Source of the DNA: Octopus sinensis
Taxonomy: Eukaryota
NCBI RefSeq assembly: GCF_006345805.1
Contig: NC_043009.1
Span: 44,392,001 to 44,456,000 of the forward strand
Reading direction: 5' to 3'
DNA length: 64,000 nucleotides
The notes under the pieces were generated by a model. That model saw only the letters and a program-made list of their open reading frames with translations, ran no database searches and had not been told where the DNA came from. Both the position numbers and the translations under genes were made by a program. Positions 36,575 through 51,117 of this stretch are shown here, in pieces. Numbering within the stretch: the first letter of the stretch is position 1; each line of letters starts with the position of its first letter.

Positions 36575-36740
36575 GTGCAGGTGTAAGTGTCTGGTAAGAA
36601 GTTTGCTTCCCAACGACATGGTTCCAGGTTCAGTCCCACTGCGTGACCCTTGGGCAAGTGTCTTCTACTATAGCCTCGGGCTGACTAAAGCCTTGTGAGT
36701 GGATTTGGTAGAGGGAAACTGAATGAAGCCCGTCGTGTAT
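36575..36740 (+). mobile_element. CORE-type SINE 5' half
   Basis: Family match. Confidence 0.8.
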
Positions 36741-36989
36741 GTATGTATATATCACATTGTAATGTGAGGATATTGCTACGTAGTTCTTAGAATATGCTGT
36801 TGAAAGATTGCTTATTTGTTAGACTACACTATTTAGGATTTTCAGAGATGTGAGGAGCGTACAATCCCCAAATTGTATTTAACTGTAATGGATTAGCATC
36901 TGTTCAGGAATGAAGTATTTTCTAGCAATGAAGAGCCAGCTCAGCCTGTCATCTTGGTTATGTAAAGACCTTCAGGTTCCATCAAAATA

Positions 36990-37190
36990 TTGTCGGAAAT
37001 AGTAAAGAATTTGAACAGAATGAATGAATATTGTGTTCATTAATGTTGGTTCCTTCGAGATTTGCCATGTTTGAACTTGGGTATTGGTTGAAGGAGTCCG
37101 GACGTGTTAATTGATCGATATTGTAGGATGTTTGAGAGATTTCCGTTTGTGAGAGTTACACAAGCATTGGTGAGAATAGTTCAGGTTACA
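36990..37190 (-). pseudogene. CR1-like LINE 3' end, decayed
   Basis: Minus-strand ...ttctttactatttccgacaa resembles the F...IPD terminus of CR1 ORF2; weak. Confidence 0.35.
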
Positions 37191-37199
37191 TGCGAAGTA

Positions 37200-37410
37200 A
37201 CCTTTTCTACTCTAGGCATAAGGCCCGAAATTTTTTGGGAGGGGGTCAGTCGCTTTGATCGACTCCAGTATGCAACTGGTACTTAATTTATCGACCCCGA
37301 AAGGATGAAAGGCAAAGTCGAACTTGGCGGAATTTGAACTCAGAATGTAGCTACAGACGAAATACCGCTAAGCATTTCGCTCGGCTTGGTAACGTTTTTG
37401 CCAGCTCGCC
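37200..37410 (-). mobile_element. Deu/Nin-type SINE
   Basis: atcgaccccgaaaggatgaaaggcaaagtcgaacttggcggaatttgaactc...ccagctcgcc. Confidence 0.85.
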
Positions 37411-37597
37411 TCCTTCCTCATATTACAATAATGGTATATCTGTCTGGCACTGTTATACATCGATCTCAACCCATTCAATGCATTCTCTTTCTGTTCCCAT
37501 TGTCATTATTGACGCGAACGTCCCTTGGAATCCCTTCACCTTCTTTGCACCAATTACACCCTGTTATCATTAATCTCTGTTCTGAGTCTATCTAGGC

Positions 37598-39960
37598 CAG
37601 GGATGGGGAACCCTTTTGTGCATGGAGGCCACCCTACAATTCATTATCCCTCATAGAGGCCGCATTAAACAAAAATTATTTTTCTTGTATTCAATTATTT
37701 TATCCTCTAAGTAATTTATTAGTAATCTAATAAAAGAAAGACAGGTGTGTAGAAATCGAAAACCTGACTTTTCAAAAATTTTATTTAAGTACTTTTATAC
37801 AAATAATAAGTAAACGAATAATATCGAAAGCATGATACTTTCAAATATTTTATTTAAGTAAGTAGGTACTTTGTATACAAGTAATAAGTAAATGAATAAT
37901 CTTTATATATAAAAGTGAAGTTGTGTGTCTGTCTCCTACGATTTAGATTCCTAACTATTCCCACATTTTGCGGTGCAGTGTAACCAAAAGCAGGTATCTT
38001 ATAGTCGTGATTCATATCGAGCCCTTCTGGGTATTAGCGCGCGTCTACGATGAGTCTACGATTTAAAAAAAAAATTACCATAATTTTTTCCATTTTAATG
38101 CATTTTTTTCGCTATTATATAAGGGAAGTAACTCTCTAAAAATGTCTACGATGAGTCAACGATTTAAAAAAAAATTTACCATAATTTTTTTCCCATTTTG
38201 AATGCATTTTTTTTTGCTATTTTTTGGCTATAACTCTCTAAAAATGCTTATATAGTTATATTCCTTACAAATCCGAGCAACGCCGGGCGATACTGCTAGT
38301 GATCTTATAAAAAAGACAGCTTATGAACATCGAGAATATTACATTTTCAAATATTCAGTTCAGGCATGTAGGTACTTTTTATACAAGTTTTTGACTTCTT
38401 TGAATTTTTTTTTTTTTTTTTTTTTGAGAAATTATTTTGATATCGGGCTCTAAACATAATGGTTCTTAGTTTCCATTGGTCCTCCAAATGCTCATCTTGC
38501 CAATTGCGTTCTCAGCGAATTCTTGATTTGCGTGAAGTACGAGAATGTGGATTCACAACACTATGTTGAAGAAAAGCAGGAAATTAGTCGGCGTGCATGT
38601 TCACGAAGACGAAGATATTCTACCTCACTTTTCGAAATTTCGATGGGATTTCCCCTCTTGTCAAAGAGATTTCAGGATATCATCTTCAGACATTTCAATA
38701 AGTTCCATTTATAACTCTTCGAGAGCCTCTGAAACATCAACAAGGTGAGGCTGAAAAGCAAGTTCCAGAGCGATGTTATGTTTTTCAAAATCGTTGAATC
38801 TTTTATTATATTCTTCTATTAATGAATCTAAAACTGGCTCGTATTCTTCAAAAGAGTCATAGATACCTTCATTTTCACTCATTAATTTCGTAAACTGAGG
38901 AAAGTGTTCTGAAAGTTTTGATTGAACCGAAAGGAACTTGAAAAACGACAATTTTTTTCTAAATGCCCAAATTTTTGGCCACATACCATAAATACATTTA
39001 TTTATGCTTTATAACGAAATGTTTAACTCATTTTGTTTTGACATCACACCACATAAAAATGCAACATCTCTGTAAAAGTTTGGCTCTGGTAAATCACAAT
39101 GTTTTGTTGTTGCTTTCTCTGAAAAAGTCAATTATTTTGCCTTCGTAAAGACAAAATTTTGACCAATACTTGAGTGATAAGGTAAATCCACATTAATTAC
39201 TTCATCATCCATCATCAGCATATTTCGAAATTGACGATGCTTCAGAGCATTTGCCCGAATATAGTTTACTTATAACTTTCTGCAAAGTGTCATTTAAAAC
39301 GACAGATTTTGCTCAGAGATTTTGCTGATGTAAAAACACAATAAAAAGAAATCAGTACATTTGGTTCTTTGGTTACTCTTTTAAGATGTGCAGTAAATCC
39401 TTCATTTTCTTCCATCATAGCTGGAGCATCATCCGTGTACACACCAAATTAGTAAAATTTAGTCCTACTTTATAACAAACATTGTTCTTTGAAGTTGTTA
39501 AAAATATCTAACCCTCGAGTCCTTCCTTTAAGGGTGCCTAAAGCAAATAATTCTTCATATAATTGAAAATCATCAGTTACAACACGAATAAAATACAATA
39601 CTTGTGCTGAATCTGTGGAATCTGTCGATTCATCCGAAGCTACTGAGCAATATACGTTTTCCTTTTGGATTATATTTTTCAATTGCTCTGCTACATTATA
39701 GGCCAATTCATGCTGTCGATTTGTATTAGTCCTTCTTGAAAGAGGCACCTCTTTATATTTGTTAACTTTATCGGGATCTATACATCCTACAACTTCTAAA
39801 ATACATTCCTTTATGAGTTCTGCACCGCTGAGTGGCTTACTTTTTTTTCCAAGCAAATATGCAACTTTATAACTGGCTTCTGTCGTAGCATTCCCTTGAT
39901 GCAACACAAACTGGAAAAATTGTCTTTGCTTTTGTTTTCGTGTTTTCTTAAATTTCTTTC
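37598..39960 (-). mobile_element. 5'-truncated hAT (Charlie/Buster/SPIN, GTF2IRD2-like) transposon with decayed transposase at about 38480-39960
   Basis: TIR cagggatggggaac at 37598 next to atctaggc; transposase motifs ASYKVAYLLGKKSKP..ELIKECI..PLSRRT..DESTDSTDSAQ..FIR..EEL..LKGRTRGLDIF, TD.APAM, CCESTFS; many stops and frameshifts. Confidence 0.9.
37900..38299 (+). mobile_element. Non-autonomous Helitron nested in the hAT element
   Basis: 5' TC (tctttatatataaaag), subterminal hairpin ccgagcaacgccggg, 3' CTAG, inserted between A and T, no TSD, internal dimer of about 100 bp. Confidence 0.9.
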
Positions 39961-40085
39961 TCTCTCTCTCTCTCTCTTCGCCACTGCCCTCACCGTCTTT
40001 ATGCCTACTATTTCTCTCACCCCAGCACGAGGAATAGTAGAAGTGTCATTAAATAGTGAGAGAGGGGGTTTCGCATTATTATATT

Positions 40086-40136
<51 letters not shown>

Positions 40137-40159
40137 ATATATACATACATACATACATA

Positions 40160-40325
40160 CACGACGGGCTTCTTTCAGTTTCCGTCTACCAAATCCACTC
40201 AGAAGACTTTGGTCAGCCCGAGGCTATAGTAGAAGTCACTTGCCCAAGGTGCCACGCAGTGAGACTGAACCCGGAACTATGTGGTTGAGAAACAAGCTTC
40301 TTATCACACAGCCACTCCTGCGCCT
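40160..40325 (-). mobile_element. CORE-type SINE 5' half
   Basis: Reverse match ending cagccactcctgcgcct. Confidence 0.85.
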
Positions 40326-43300
40326 ATGTGTGTGTGTGTTTCCTTTTTTGTCAAATATTTAGTCTGACACATGTATAGGTTTGTAATGGTTTAACAAATA
40401 GGTCAGGACTTAAAAACAAAGTAGAAAATGGCGAATGTTACCTGAATCTGAGTATTGAAGTTCGGAATGTGTCTACAGAATGAGAATGTCTGAGAGTGTG
40501 TTTGTACATTGATAAGGTCTTGAGGGCAGAGTTTAGGAACAGCTGTCTCCTCGAAGTTCCATACCTCATGGGAAATGTCAGAAACGGAAATTTTTGGAAA
40601 AACATTTCCATCGTATGAGAACAACAAATGTAATGTAAAAATGAAGGATAAAAACAAAAGGAAAAAAATACTCTTTTCCTTTCCCATGAGATATGGACTT
40701 TGAGGGACAGTTATTCCAAAACTGTGCCGTCTTCAATTGCAAAGTTTCTCTCGTTTATTTCTGCTTGCACTCCGTTACACTGCTATCACACTAGTTTTCT
40801 GTCTCAATCGGTTAAAGGAGACGAATGAAGAGAGAGATTAATGGGAGACAGCATAATGGATTATCTTGGTGCAGTTATCCATTTTCTTTTGTAATTCTAC
40901 AATACAACATAAAAAAAAAATCCCTTTGTGGTTCGAAGTACGAAGATACCTTCTTTCCCCCTATACTTTTTCTATTGTACAATTTATTTGATCGAACCCA
41001 GAGGGAGAAAAAGCGAAATCACCCCTCATGGGATTTGGATTCGGAATATGAAGCAACGAACACTGTAGATAGTTGTTGTTTAACCCCGGGTCAGTACTGA
41101 TCGAACAGATATACAATCAGACCCTCCAGCCATGCCTATCTTATCTTATTGTAAACCAAGGACTACATTGTCGTAGTTCCGAGTTCGATATCACTATACA
41201 ATATCTTGGACCAGTGTTTGTATTCTACAAGGTATTGACCCGGATTGATCAATACCTTGTAAGTGGTGTTTAGTAAACTGAAAATGCAGAACCCCGTTGT
41301 ATCTACAACTAATAATTCTTATTAATGTAATTTTGCGGTTATTATATTATTAATTATCAGTGTAACTTTGCAGACTTAGATTCCTTCATTTGTTTGTGAA
41401 CAATAATAGTAGAGCAGTCTTCGACTGACTGGAGTCTACAGAGCTCTTGAAGACCATGGAGAAAAATACGGAAAGACTTCCGTCTACTTTAGCAATATAG
41501 CAACCACGTTGTACTAAATCATTTTGAGAAGTAGTTCCGGAAGAGTTTCGCTATACCAAATTCCATTAGTTCTTTACTATGGGACATCTAGTCTCGCAGG
41601 AAAGTTGCACCTTTTCTTGCTCCCTTTTGATAATGGCTTCAAAGTTCCCCCACTAAAAGAACAAAAAAAAAAAAACAATAACAGCAACAACTCATGTTCC
41701 TAAGTCAGTAGACTCGATTTATCTTAATACGATAAGGCAGGGTTTGAAACAGAATCGTTAAGTATCTATTCAACTTTTAACCTGTTTATCAACTTAACCA
41801 TACTCGTTATTTTTTTTTGAATACTCATGTTTTTTTGTTTATAGGTAGGGCAAATGATTAAGTAAACAACTTGCATGAGAGACAACACAAAGACTGTAGC
41901 ATCATCCAATGCACTCCTTATCATTGATCTTAATTAATTATCATCTATGATGATATCGACTTGATTAGACAAGACGAGAAGAATAGATATATCTTTCGAA
42001 AGAAAGTGAATATGAAGAACTAGAAAGAACAAACATTGAGATATGCAATGTTTTGTGACATTTCTGGTATTTATTCTTTACGTTTGCAAATTGCAGTTTA
42101 CGGGAATATCCAAAATAGTTAAAGGATAATTACTCTTTGAACGAGTTGGCTGCTAAAATCATTAGCTTTTTTTTTTACCATCCATTTTAAATGGGAATCA
42201 AAGAAAGAGTGAATATGAGAATTTTTTTTTCTTTAACTTTACAGAGGCTGTCTGTCATCTCACGACTGTAGAGGTTGCTCTAGAATCGCTTCTGTGAGAC
42301 CTTAATGTCGGAATGTTGGTATTTTGATATACAATCCACGAAGTCCATCAACTTTCAGTCACGCATTTAGCTGTTTGGCCTCTCACCTCGCCTCTGCTAA
42401 TTTATTTGTATTTTGATTTCGTTCTGATTCCGTTTTCTTTCATAAATTTTACGTCTGCGCTTCTGTGTGGTATATTTATTTATAAATCATAAATGCCTTT
42501 TAGAAATGAAAGGTGATAAATACCATCACGTTATATACACACCAGAAGTGAATAGTTTTAGCTGTTGTAGGAATTACTTATTTATATATGACATAAATAT
42601 TTAAGTAATCTTTAAGGAATAAAGTGTTTATTTTATCAATGATTTTTATGTTCGCCTTTTATATCGAAAATCCTTAACGCACAACGAGGCGCCCCTAAGC
42701 ACATATGGACTCGGGCTGATCCCTTCAGCCGGTCATTTTTCTGTATATTTACTTACTATTACAAATCAAAGTATATTATTAACAGTAGATCTTAGGTTCA
42801 AAACTACCGTTTTAGCAACGAGGGACTACTCGTTTATATTAACCCCTGCTGGCTGGCACTTTATAAGTCAAGGAAATCGTTTAAGGCGAAACCAACCTCG
42901 GCATCATGATTTAAATTAATAACAACCAATTACCAGCTCTCCACTGGTTTTGCCAATGCCCTGTTATCATTAATATTTTTAGTATTAATAATAAAAACAA
43001 CTTCAGTTTTAATATGAAATATTTCTCCCGTCGTTTTAGTCGTATATAACTTAATACCCTAACTAACCCTAACCCTAAAACATTGAAATGCAATAGGTCG
43101 ATACTTGGGTCATAATTATGGGTGACAATTTCATATAACACAGCTAGAAAAAACTGCCGTTCAAACCGAAAAGATCCATTATTTCTTCTCTTTTCACTGT
43201 CAATTATTTGAATAGCTTTTATTTTGTGGCATGGCAACTCGGGTTACCACACCTTTTCAGCGATTTAGAACGAACAATTCACTGTTTAAAATAATATAGG

Positions 43301-45876
43301 GTAGATTTATGTAAAATGATGCTTGTTCTGTTTCTGAATGGTTTATAACGTGACCGCAGGAAAATTGACGTGCTCAACATTTATGATAAGGCAAATTTTC
43401 ATATAGTTTTATTATTAGGGGAATAAATGTCATATTTAAATGACGGTACACCATGCATAAAAATATGAAATAGTTATATAAAGTGTATTAGTTTCCCATA
43501 GCCTGGATGTGCGTGAGTGAGAGAGAGAGAGAGATCTTTGGTAAAGTGGTCCGTCAGCTATAACTTGCTTAAATAGGGTGTGTTTTCTTCGACGCTTATG
43601 TGGCAAACCCGAATATTGTTGCATAAAATGTCATGTTAAATGATGATAGTTTTAATAAGTGTTTGTAAACAATACGAAATGTGTGAAAGGGAAAGTAATA
43701 AAGTATTGTTAGCTTTTTTTTTTTTCAGTTGGCCTTTCAGTGACGTCTAACTGGAATTAAGGAAAAGTTTTGTAGTTATTTGTCAAAGCTGGGAGACAAT
43801 TGTATTGATAGACTCGGTTTTCACTGACAATTCAGTGTTAAATCACAAGTGTATTAATTACTAACAGCCTGATTAAACAGTCAACAAGGGGCTTCCAAGT
43901 GGTCATTCAATCTGCTAGAAATAACCAAATTTTCATTAAAGTACGTACACTGCTGTCTTAAAGGAGATGGGATATAATGTACTTTACCGTATTTGTTCTG
44001 ATATAATAACGCTTTGAGTTCAACTTCGTCTTTCATCTTTAAGGGGTCGATTTAAAAAAATGTACCAATCTAGGACGGTAGTTTGAAATTTTTTTTAGAT
44101 AATGCCTTGTGGTATTTGTTCCGGTACTTTGTGTTCTGACAGCAATGTCTGTGATAATACTGGTGCCAAGCTTTATTGTCCTGAGTTAGCAAACTTTGGA
44201 TGTGGCATGGCTAGAAAGACTGTTATGTAATTGGCAACTGCCAGTCTTTCTCTAAAATGCCTTACCCAAGCCTGCACATAGCGAGCATTTGCATGGTCAA
44301 CATTGATGAACGAAGAAGGCCCTACAATCCTGAATATATTGTGTCTAAAAAGATGAGATGGTCAAGACTAAAACATCTTTGATTATAGGTCTACTGTATG
44401 AAAGCTGACCTGAGCTAAGCAATAACACAGATTATTTCAATATTTTTTTATAACAGAAGATAGGGTGCTTGCCAAAAATGAATACAGATGAGAGAAAGAA
44501 ACAAGAGAGCATGAAGGGAAAAACAGTGGTTTGGGTGAAAGTGTGGAAGGAGAAGGAGAAATGGAAGACAATACTAAATAGTGGTTAATGGCAAAAGATA
44601 ATGGAGTAGAGGCACTAATATCTACTACATGTTTTGATAGTAAGAGACAGTGAGTGATGGATAGTCATAAAAACAGTCTATAGTAAAAGAGTATGATAAA
44701 TGTCAGTAACATGTCATCTGAAGTCGAGGAAGTGGTGGCTGGCTATGAAGGAGAGTAAATGGAATGGTAAATTGTGTAGTAATAGATCCGGTGTAATCTT
44801 TCATTATTTTGGATCAATATATGATATGATTGGACTTTTAAATTGTAGGAATAATTTTCTGTTGGGCTTCTTCACAGTTTCTATCTACCAGTTTTATTCA
44901 CAAAACTTGTGCTGACAGACCCAAGACTATGGTAAAAGATACTTCTCAAGATGGCATACAGTAGGATTAAACTTGCTACTTTGTAATTTCTTAATCATTC
45001 AGCCATGCTGTTGAACATATACTCTATCAATATCATCAGAATATCACTAGTCTTGGAGGACTTGCACTTGTCATGGGCACCAACCCCTTATTTCCCCACC
45101 TCAAAGGACTTATTATGGGCATTAACTTTTCTTCTTGTCTCAAAGGATTTGTGCTCATCACAGGCACTGGACCCCTTTCTTCCTACCCTTCAAGACCAGT
45201 ACTCTTCACAGATACTAACCTCTTCCTTCCTGTCTGAACCATTTACTCTTTAGCATCCTAATTGCTTATTTATTCACAAAGTTTTGAATTAATCATGCAC
45301 TATCTTATAGCTTTGAGATTTTGATGATGTGATTTTTTCAGTTTAGAATGATATTGAGGGCAGTAGTGAGAGCCTGGATCTTGCAAGTTTGAACATAAAG
45401 CAGAATATTTGAGCAAAAAATGGTTTTGTGTCGCTAGTGTAACTTAATGAATCAATGCATATAAATCAATAAAATAAGTACTGGAAAAGGTGGGTTCTAC
45501 ATCATCAACAGAATCCTTTGATGCTGTTCCTCGATATGGTTTTGGCTTCACAATTGAGAACTTGTAAAAGAATTTTTCTTCTTCATTCTAAAATGCAGCT
45601 GGTCAGATTGTCCTAAAGTTTGACACAAACTTACCTGTCAACAGCAATAGTGTAAGAAAAGATAAACTAGATGGACTCCTCAATAATTTCACTTTACAAT
45701 TTATGTCATCATAAAATTTAGCAAATTTCAATGTGAAAAAGACTTATGAAGTTTTAGCGAAGCCTTCAAGGGAAAGAGAAAGAGCAAACATATTCAAACA
45801 CATGCACACTCTCAAACATGCTCACAAGCACACAGTCTCACACACACACACACACATACACACACACATGCTCACA

Positions 45877-45938
<62 letters not shown>

Positions 45939-47069
45939 TGACACTTGGAGGTTGAGAGACAGATAAAAAGGACAGATAGACAGTTGGGCCAACGAAATAG
46001 TGAAAATTTAGGTCAGAATAAACTCCATGCAGATTATAACAAGGCTATTCTTGCTATGAAATTAGTACCAAGGAGAACTGAGCAGAACAAGCAAAAGGTG
46101 GTGTGGTGAGGGAGGAGAGAAAGCAAGAATTTAGTTAAGTAGGTTATTTTGTTTGGAACAATGCAATTTTCAAGCAGGCAATTGTATACTCAGAAGGAAA
46201 GAACAAAGTAAAAGCAAAAGAAAACAACACAAAAACAATGAAATCACACACACACACACACACATACACATTTATATAAAGTACATGCTTACACACATAT
46301 ATGATAGGAAAATGAAAATGTGACAAAATTGCTTAAAACAAGAGTGAATCTTAACAAAAAATTCTGATGTATTTAGCAAACCTCAAACTTTAAAAGTCTG
46401 ACTAAATGCACAAATACAAATTGCCGAGTGAAGTGTACTTCTAAAGTGTTTTTTGAACAGTTTTTATCGACGTCACATAAAAATAAATTGATTTGATTTG
46501 ATTTGATTGATTGGGCTCAGGTTTCTCCCAAAAGTTTTCAACTTTCTGACTTTGCAATTTATGTATTTGTAAGTAAACATAATCTCTAAAATTCAAGAAG
46601 TGATGACCTTCATCCGCAAGAATCTTTGTAGTAAAAATATATAAAAAATAGTTAGCTTCGTTAGTTTATTGTGTGCAGGCACAGACAATGCTTATGTGGC
46701 TAAGTGGTTTGTTTTGCCTCTTCATTGGTGGTGGCTTGTCTTGTAGCTCCACCACATTAAGCAGCAACAACGCCCTCGTCTCTTCACCGCTTGTTACCTT
46801 GTTGCATCCATCACTCCTGGGCCCTCACTAACCATTATGCTTAGTTCTTTCTCTCCAAAAAACATCATCCCTCTGGAATCTTTATGCAAGTGTTGAACTG
46901 TGAAAGACTAGAAACAAAAACTTAAGGTTTCTTCTTCAATTCCACCATTTGGCACTTTCGGCAAGTGTCTTCTCCCTTAGACCAAGGCTGACCAATACCT
47001 TGTGAGTGAATTTGGTAAGTGGAAAGAGAGAAGACCATAATATATATGTCTATAAACATATATATATAT

Positions 47070-47475
47070 AGGCACAGGAGTGGCTGTGTGGTAAGTAGCT
47101 TGTTTACCAACCACATAGTTCCGGGTTCAGTCCCACTGCGTGGCACCTTGGGCAAGTGTCTTCTACTATAGCCTCGGGCCGACCAAAACCTTGTGAGTGG
47201 ATTTGGTAGATGGAAACTGAAAGAAGCCCGTCGTATATATGTATATCTATGTATAAATGTGTGTGCGTGTATGCTTGTGTTTGTCCCCCTAGCATTGCTT
47301 GACAACCGATGCTGGTGTGTTTATATTCCCGTCACTTAGCGGTTCGGCAAAAGAGACTGATAGAATAAGTACTGGGCTTACAAAGAATAAGTCCCGGGGT
47401 CGAGTTGCTCGATTAAAGGCAGTGCTCCAGCATGGCCGCAGTCAAATGACTGAAACAGGTAAAAGAGTAAAGAGT
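47070..47475 (+). mobile_element. CORE-type SINE, full length; divergent inverted partial copy at 46930-47045
   Basis: Nearly identical to the 16332 copy. Confidence 0.9.
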
Positions 47476-47485
47476 ATATATATAT

Positions 47486-47520
<35 letters not shown>

Positions 47521-50244
47521 TACTTATGTGCCCTTTTCAAGCCTAGCCAGGCTAAATGGTCGATGACTGGAGAAGGACCTGACCATCCCATTACTGTAGT
47601 CTCGTGGGATACAAACTGCTGTCAATTTTTGGAATTCATGTGATTATCAATGTTGATTCTTCCAACTATATCCTGCTGAAATTACTCTAACATCACATAA
47701 ATTATCATAGTATCTAGTTTGCTGGGATGGATTTGCAGGTGCTCTGTATTGTAATTGGTGAACACTGTCACTTTGTATGTAATAGGTTCGTGGTTCAAGT
47801 CTGATCACTTTCTTGGTTTGTTACTCCTCTCTGTATCTGGTCATTATAATGTTTGCAATGTCATTAAATAAAAATCTATCAATAGTCGGTTGCAACAAAC
47901 TGGACATCTATGAGGTGCCACCTCCACTCCCCAATTGTAAATAAGATTCTGTGATGTTTGAGTAAAATGTTAATGGTTTCATTGGAAGAGTATCAGTCCT
48001 TGTGGTCTTTATCATGGTCACTAATCTGAGTGTAGTTGTCTCCTTTCTAATCACCTGTCACAGGTGGGTGGAAGAAGGTGATTAGTTTCAGGCCATAGAC
48101 CTGATCTGATGCTTACAATGGAATGGATTCCACTAAAAGCACTCAGAAACCATGTAGTGCTGTTAAACCTGTGGTAGATTTAGCCTTGCTCTATTTTTTT
48201 TAACTGGCTGGACCTGGAATAAGGTCTAGCCAACTTGACCTTTGTAGATTCTCTGAGACTGGTTACTTTTCTGAAATCTACCACCCAATTAGTTGGATAG
48301 CTCAGTAAGATAATTGATCTCAGGATAAAACATAGTTTTGTTAATTACGTATTGATTATTGCTTTATGAAATGAAATCTTAAATTATCAACTTGGTGTTG
48401 AACCTAATTTTACTGCTCCACTATGGGCAACCGCTGGTTTGAAGGAATAAGCTAGACAGACATAAGCAATTTGAAGGTGAGGATTGCCTCATCTGTTATA
48501 AATAATAGATGTAGCAACCAGCCTCTTTGGTCTCAACAGAGTCTGAGCATGTCTTGTCTTCAGAATTAACTGTGTTTGGTAGATGTGACACAAATCTTCT
48601 CCTTTCATAGATAAGGTGCCAGTCAACTGCAAGTGTCACTCTTAAAAGTTTTGGTAGCTGTTTCCGACAGCTAGCTTTAACTGAGGCATGTGGAACAAAG
48701 GACCTACACACATGCATTCTTTCTGTTTCTCACACACACTGGAATTATATGGTAAAGATACAAACTGCTGTTTCTCTTTGGCTTTTGTGTTCATTTGTCT
48801 GTTTCCAGTTTTCATTGTAGTGACTTTCTGAATCAATTCTGTCTGTATTTCACAATGCTTCAAATAGACTAATACACACACACACACACATATTCAATTA
48901 TGAATTAGAAGGAGCACTAGTGTTGTAAACATTATCAACTGCACACACTCAGTGTATGTGTTTTGCTTGTTTGTCAGTGCACATGGTTTAACGCAGTGGG
49001 GATGACTCCCTCAGACACCTGAAAGTCATAAACAGATGAGACATATATATATGTATGTATATATGTATATATAAGATCACTCGTTAAAACACCTGGAAGT
49101 CATAGACAGGCAAGACTATATATATATATTTATATAGTTACATACATACATATATATATACACACACACACACACACTCGAATACCAAAAGTAGAATAGT
49201 ATACTTTTTATTAAAAGTGTATATATACACACAAACGCACACACACACACACACACACACATGCACGCACACATATATTTATATAAGTGTAAGAAACTGA
49301 GTATTTGCTAGAAATGTTACTCGTAATGTAATTGTGTGATACAGTGTGCAACATGACTGACCCTGTTGAATTACTGATACAGAAAATCTGAGGTGCCTTT
49401 TCAGTCCTCATTTTTCAACTTACAAGGGCTGAGTCAATCTGGGGCTATGGTAAAATACATTTAAGATGTCTCACTTCTAGTGGGATCAAATGGAAGGCCT
49501 TGTGGTTGTGAAGCATTTAAAGATCTTTGTCACATTCATACCTTCACAGATACATAAATATCCATACATAGACACACATGCATTCATAGACACACAAACA
49601 TGCATAAATACATGCATACATACATGCATCAATACATATATCCATAGATATACATATGCATCCATACACACACATTCATACATGATTCCATAGACACATG
49701 CATACATTCATATTCACACACACACATGCTCATCTGTAGAGCATTAAATCCAACTTAACATCATTGTAGACATTTTGCCAAACCAATGCACTGAGGGATC
49801 CTTCATACACAATTGCAGTATATAAATTAGCATTAGGACCCAAGACTTGTTGATCCCTCTCTAAGCAGCTACCTTAAGCCAGAACAGCTCATAAATACAT
49901 ACATAGTAATGTCCTAGCATGGCCACAGAGTAAAACCAATAAAATTGCATACACACACAAACACACACGGTCACATACAAGAACAAAGTTTTTTTATGAC
50001 CTTGCTCATCAACTATGAATATTTTGTTGTATTGTTGAAGTCATAAGAGTTTAGAAACTTTGAGAAAATATGAAATAATTGTTTTTTAGAAACTCGAAGC
50101 AGATAAGGCTATAAATAAAATGTAAATATATATATGTACTGTGTAGCCTTTAACATATTTCTATCTGAAGTATTTTTTTTAATGTAATGTTTACATTCTA
50201 TTATTTATAACTTTATCTGCTCCAAGTTTCACTATTCCAAAAAG

Positions 50245-50275
<31 letters not shown>

Positions 50276-50630
50276 GTAGGATCCAAGGATTGAGGTGTAG
50301 GAAGAAGGTGAACTTTAAGCAATGTGTAGAAAATATAAAAAAACAACTTTCAGGACCAACTTTTTTTTCTTATATTCCTAATTTGTCTTCACAATCATAT
50401 TCTTCACTCCAACTGTGCTCTCTATGCATTCTGATTGAATTTTCTGTTTGTTAACATGTGCCTCCTGACAACAATCTAAACGTCATTTAATCAAGGTACC
50501 CTTAGCCTGAAGAGTAGCCTGCAGTATACACCTCACTATTTACTCCTCGATACACCTGAATATTTACTACTTCTGAAGTTGTGCTCACTATGAAACATAC
50601 CCCGGATTTTATTTACTCCATTCCTTAACT

Positions 50631-50679
<49 letters not shown>

Positions 50680-50709
50680 TGTATGTATGTATGTATATAT
50701 ATATAAAGC

Positions 50710-50935
50710 ACCAACCAATCGTGGCTGTTTGCCAACCTCCTCTGGCCCCTGTGCCGGTGGCACGTAAAAAGCACCCACTACACTCACGGAGTGGTTGGTG
50801 TTAGGAAGGGCATCCAGCTGTAGAAACACTGCCAGATCGGACTGGAGCCTGGCACAGCCTCCTGGCTTCCCAGACCCCGGTCGAACCATCCAACCCATAC
50901 TAGCATGGAAAATGAACGTTAAACGATGATGATAT
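50710..50935 (+). mobile_element. Meta-type SINE with RTE tail inserted in (TA)n
   Basis: ggttggtgttaggaagggcatccagctgtagaaac...aacccatactagcatggaaaatgaacgttaaacgatgatga. Confidence 0.85.
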
Positions 50936-51080
50936 ATATATATATGATAGACCTCTTTCAGTTTTTGTCTCCTAGATCACTCACAAAGTGTTAGTCAACC
51001 CAGGATGCTATGCAGTTGGAATGAACCTCCAACTAGGGGCTGTAAAATGAACTCCTTTAATCACATGGCTATGTCTATCC

Positions 51081-51117
<37 letters not shown>

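Noticed and set aside
40403-40687. 94-aa ATG ORF with a signal-peptide-like N-terminus (MGKEKSIFFLLFLSFIF...)
   Set aside because: The hydrophobic start derives from a T-rich tract; no recognisable motif or other support. It would need RNA evidence.
43060-43080. Telomere-like (TAACCC)n
   Set aside because: Only about 2.5 units; more likely the internal microsatellite of a small non-autonomous element than an interstitial telomere.
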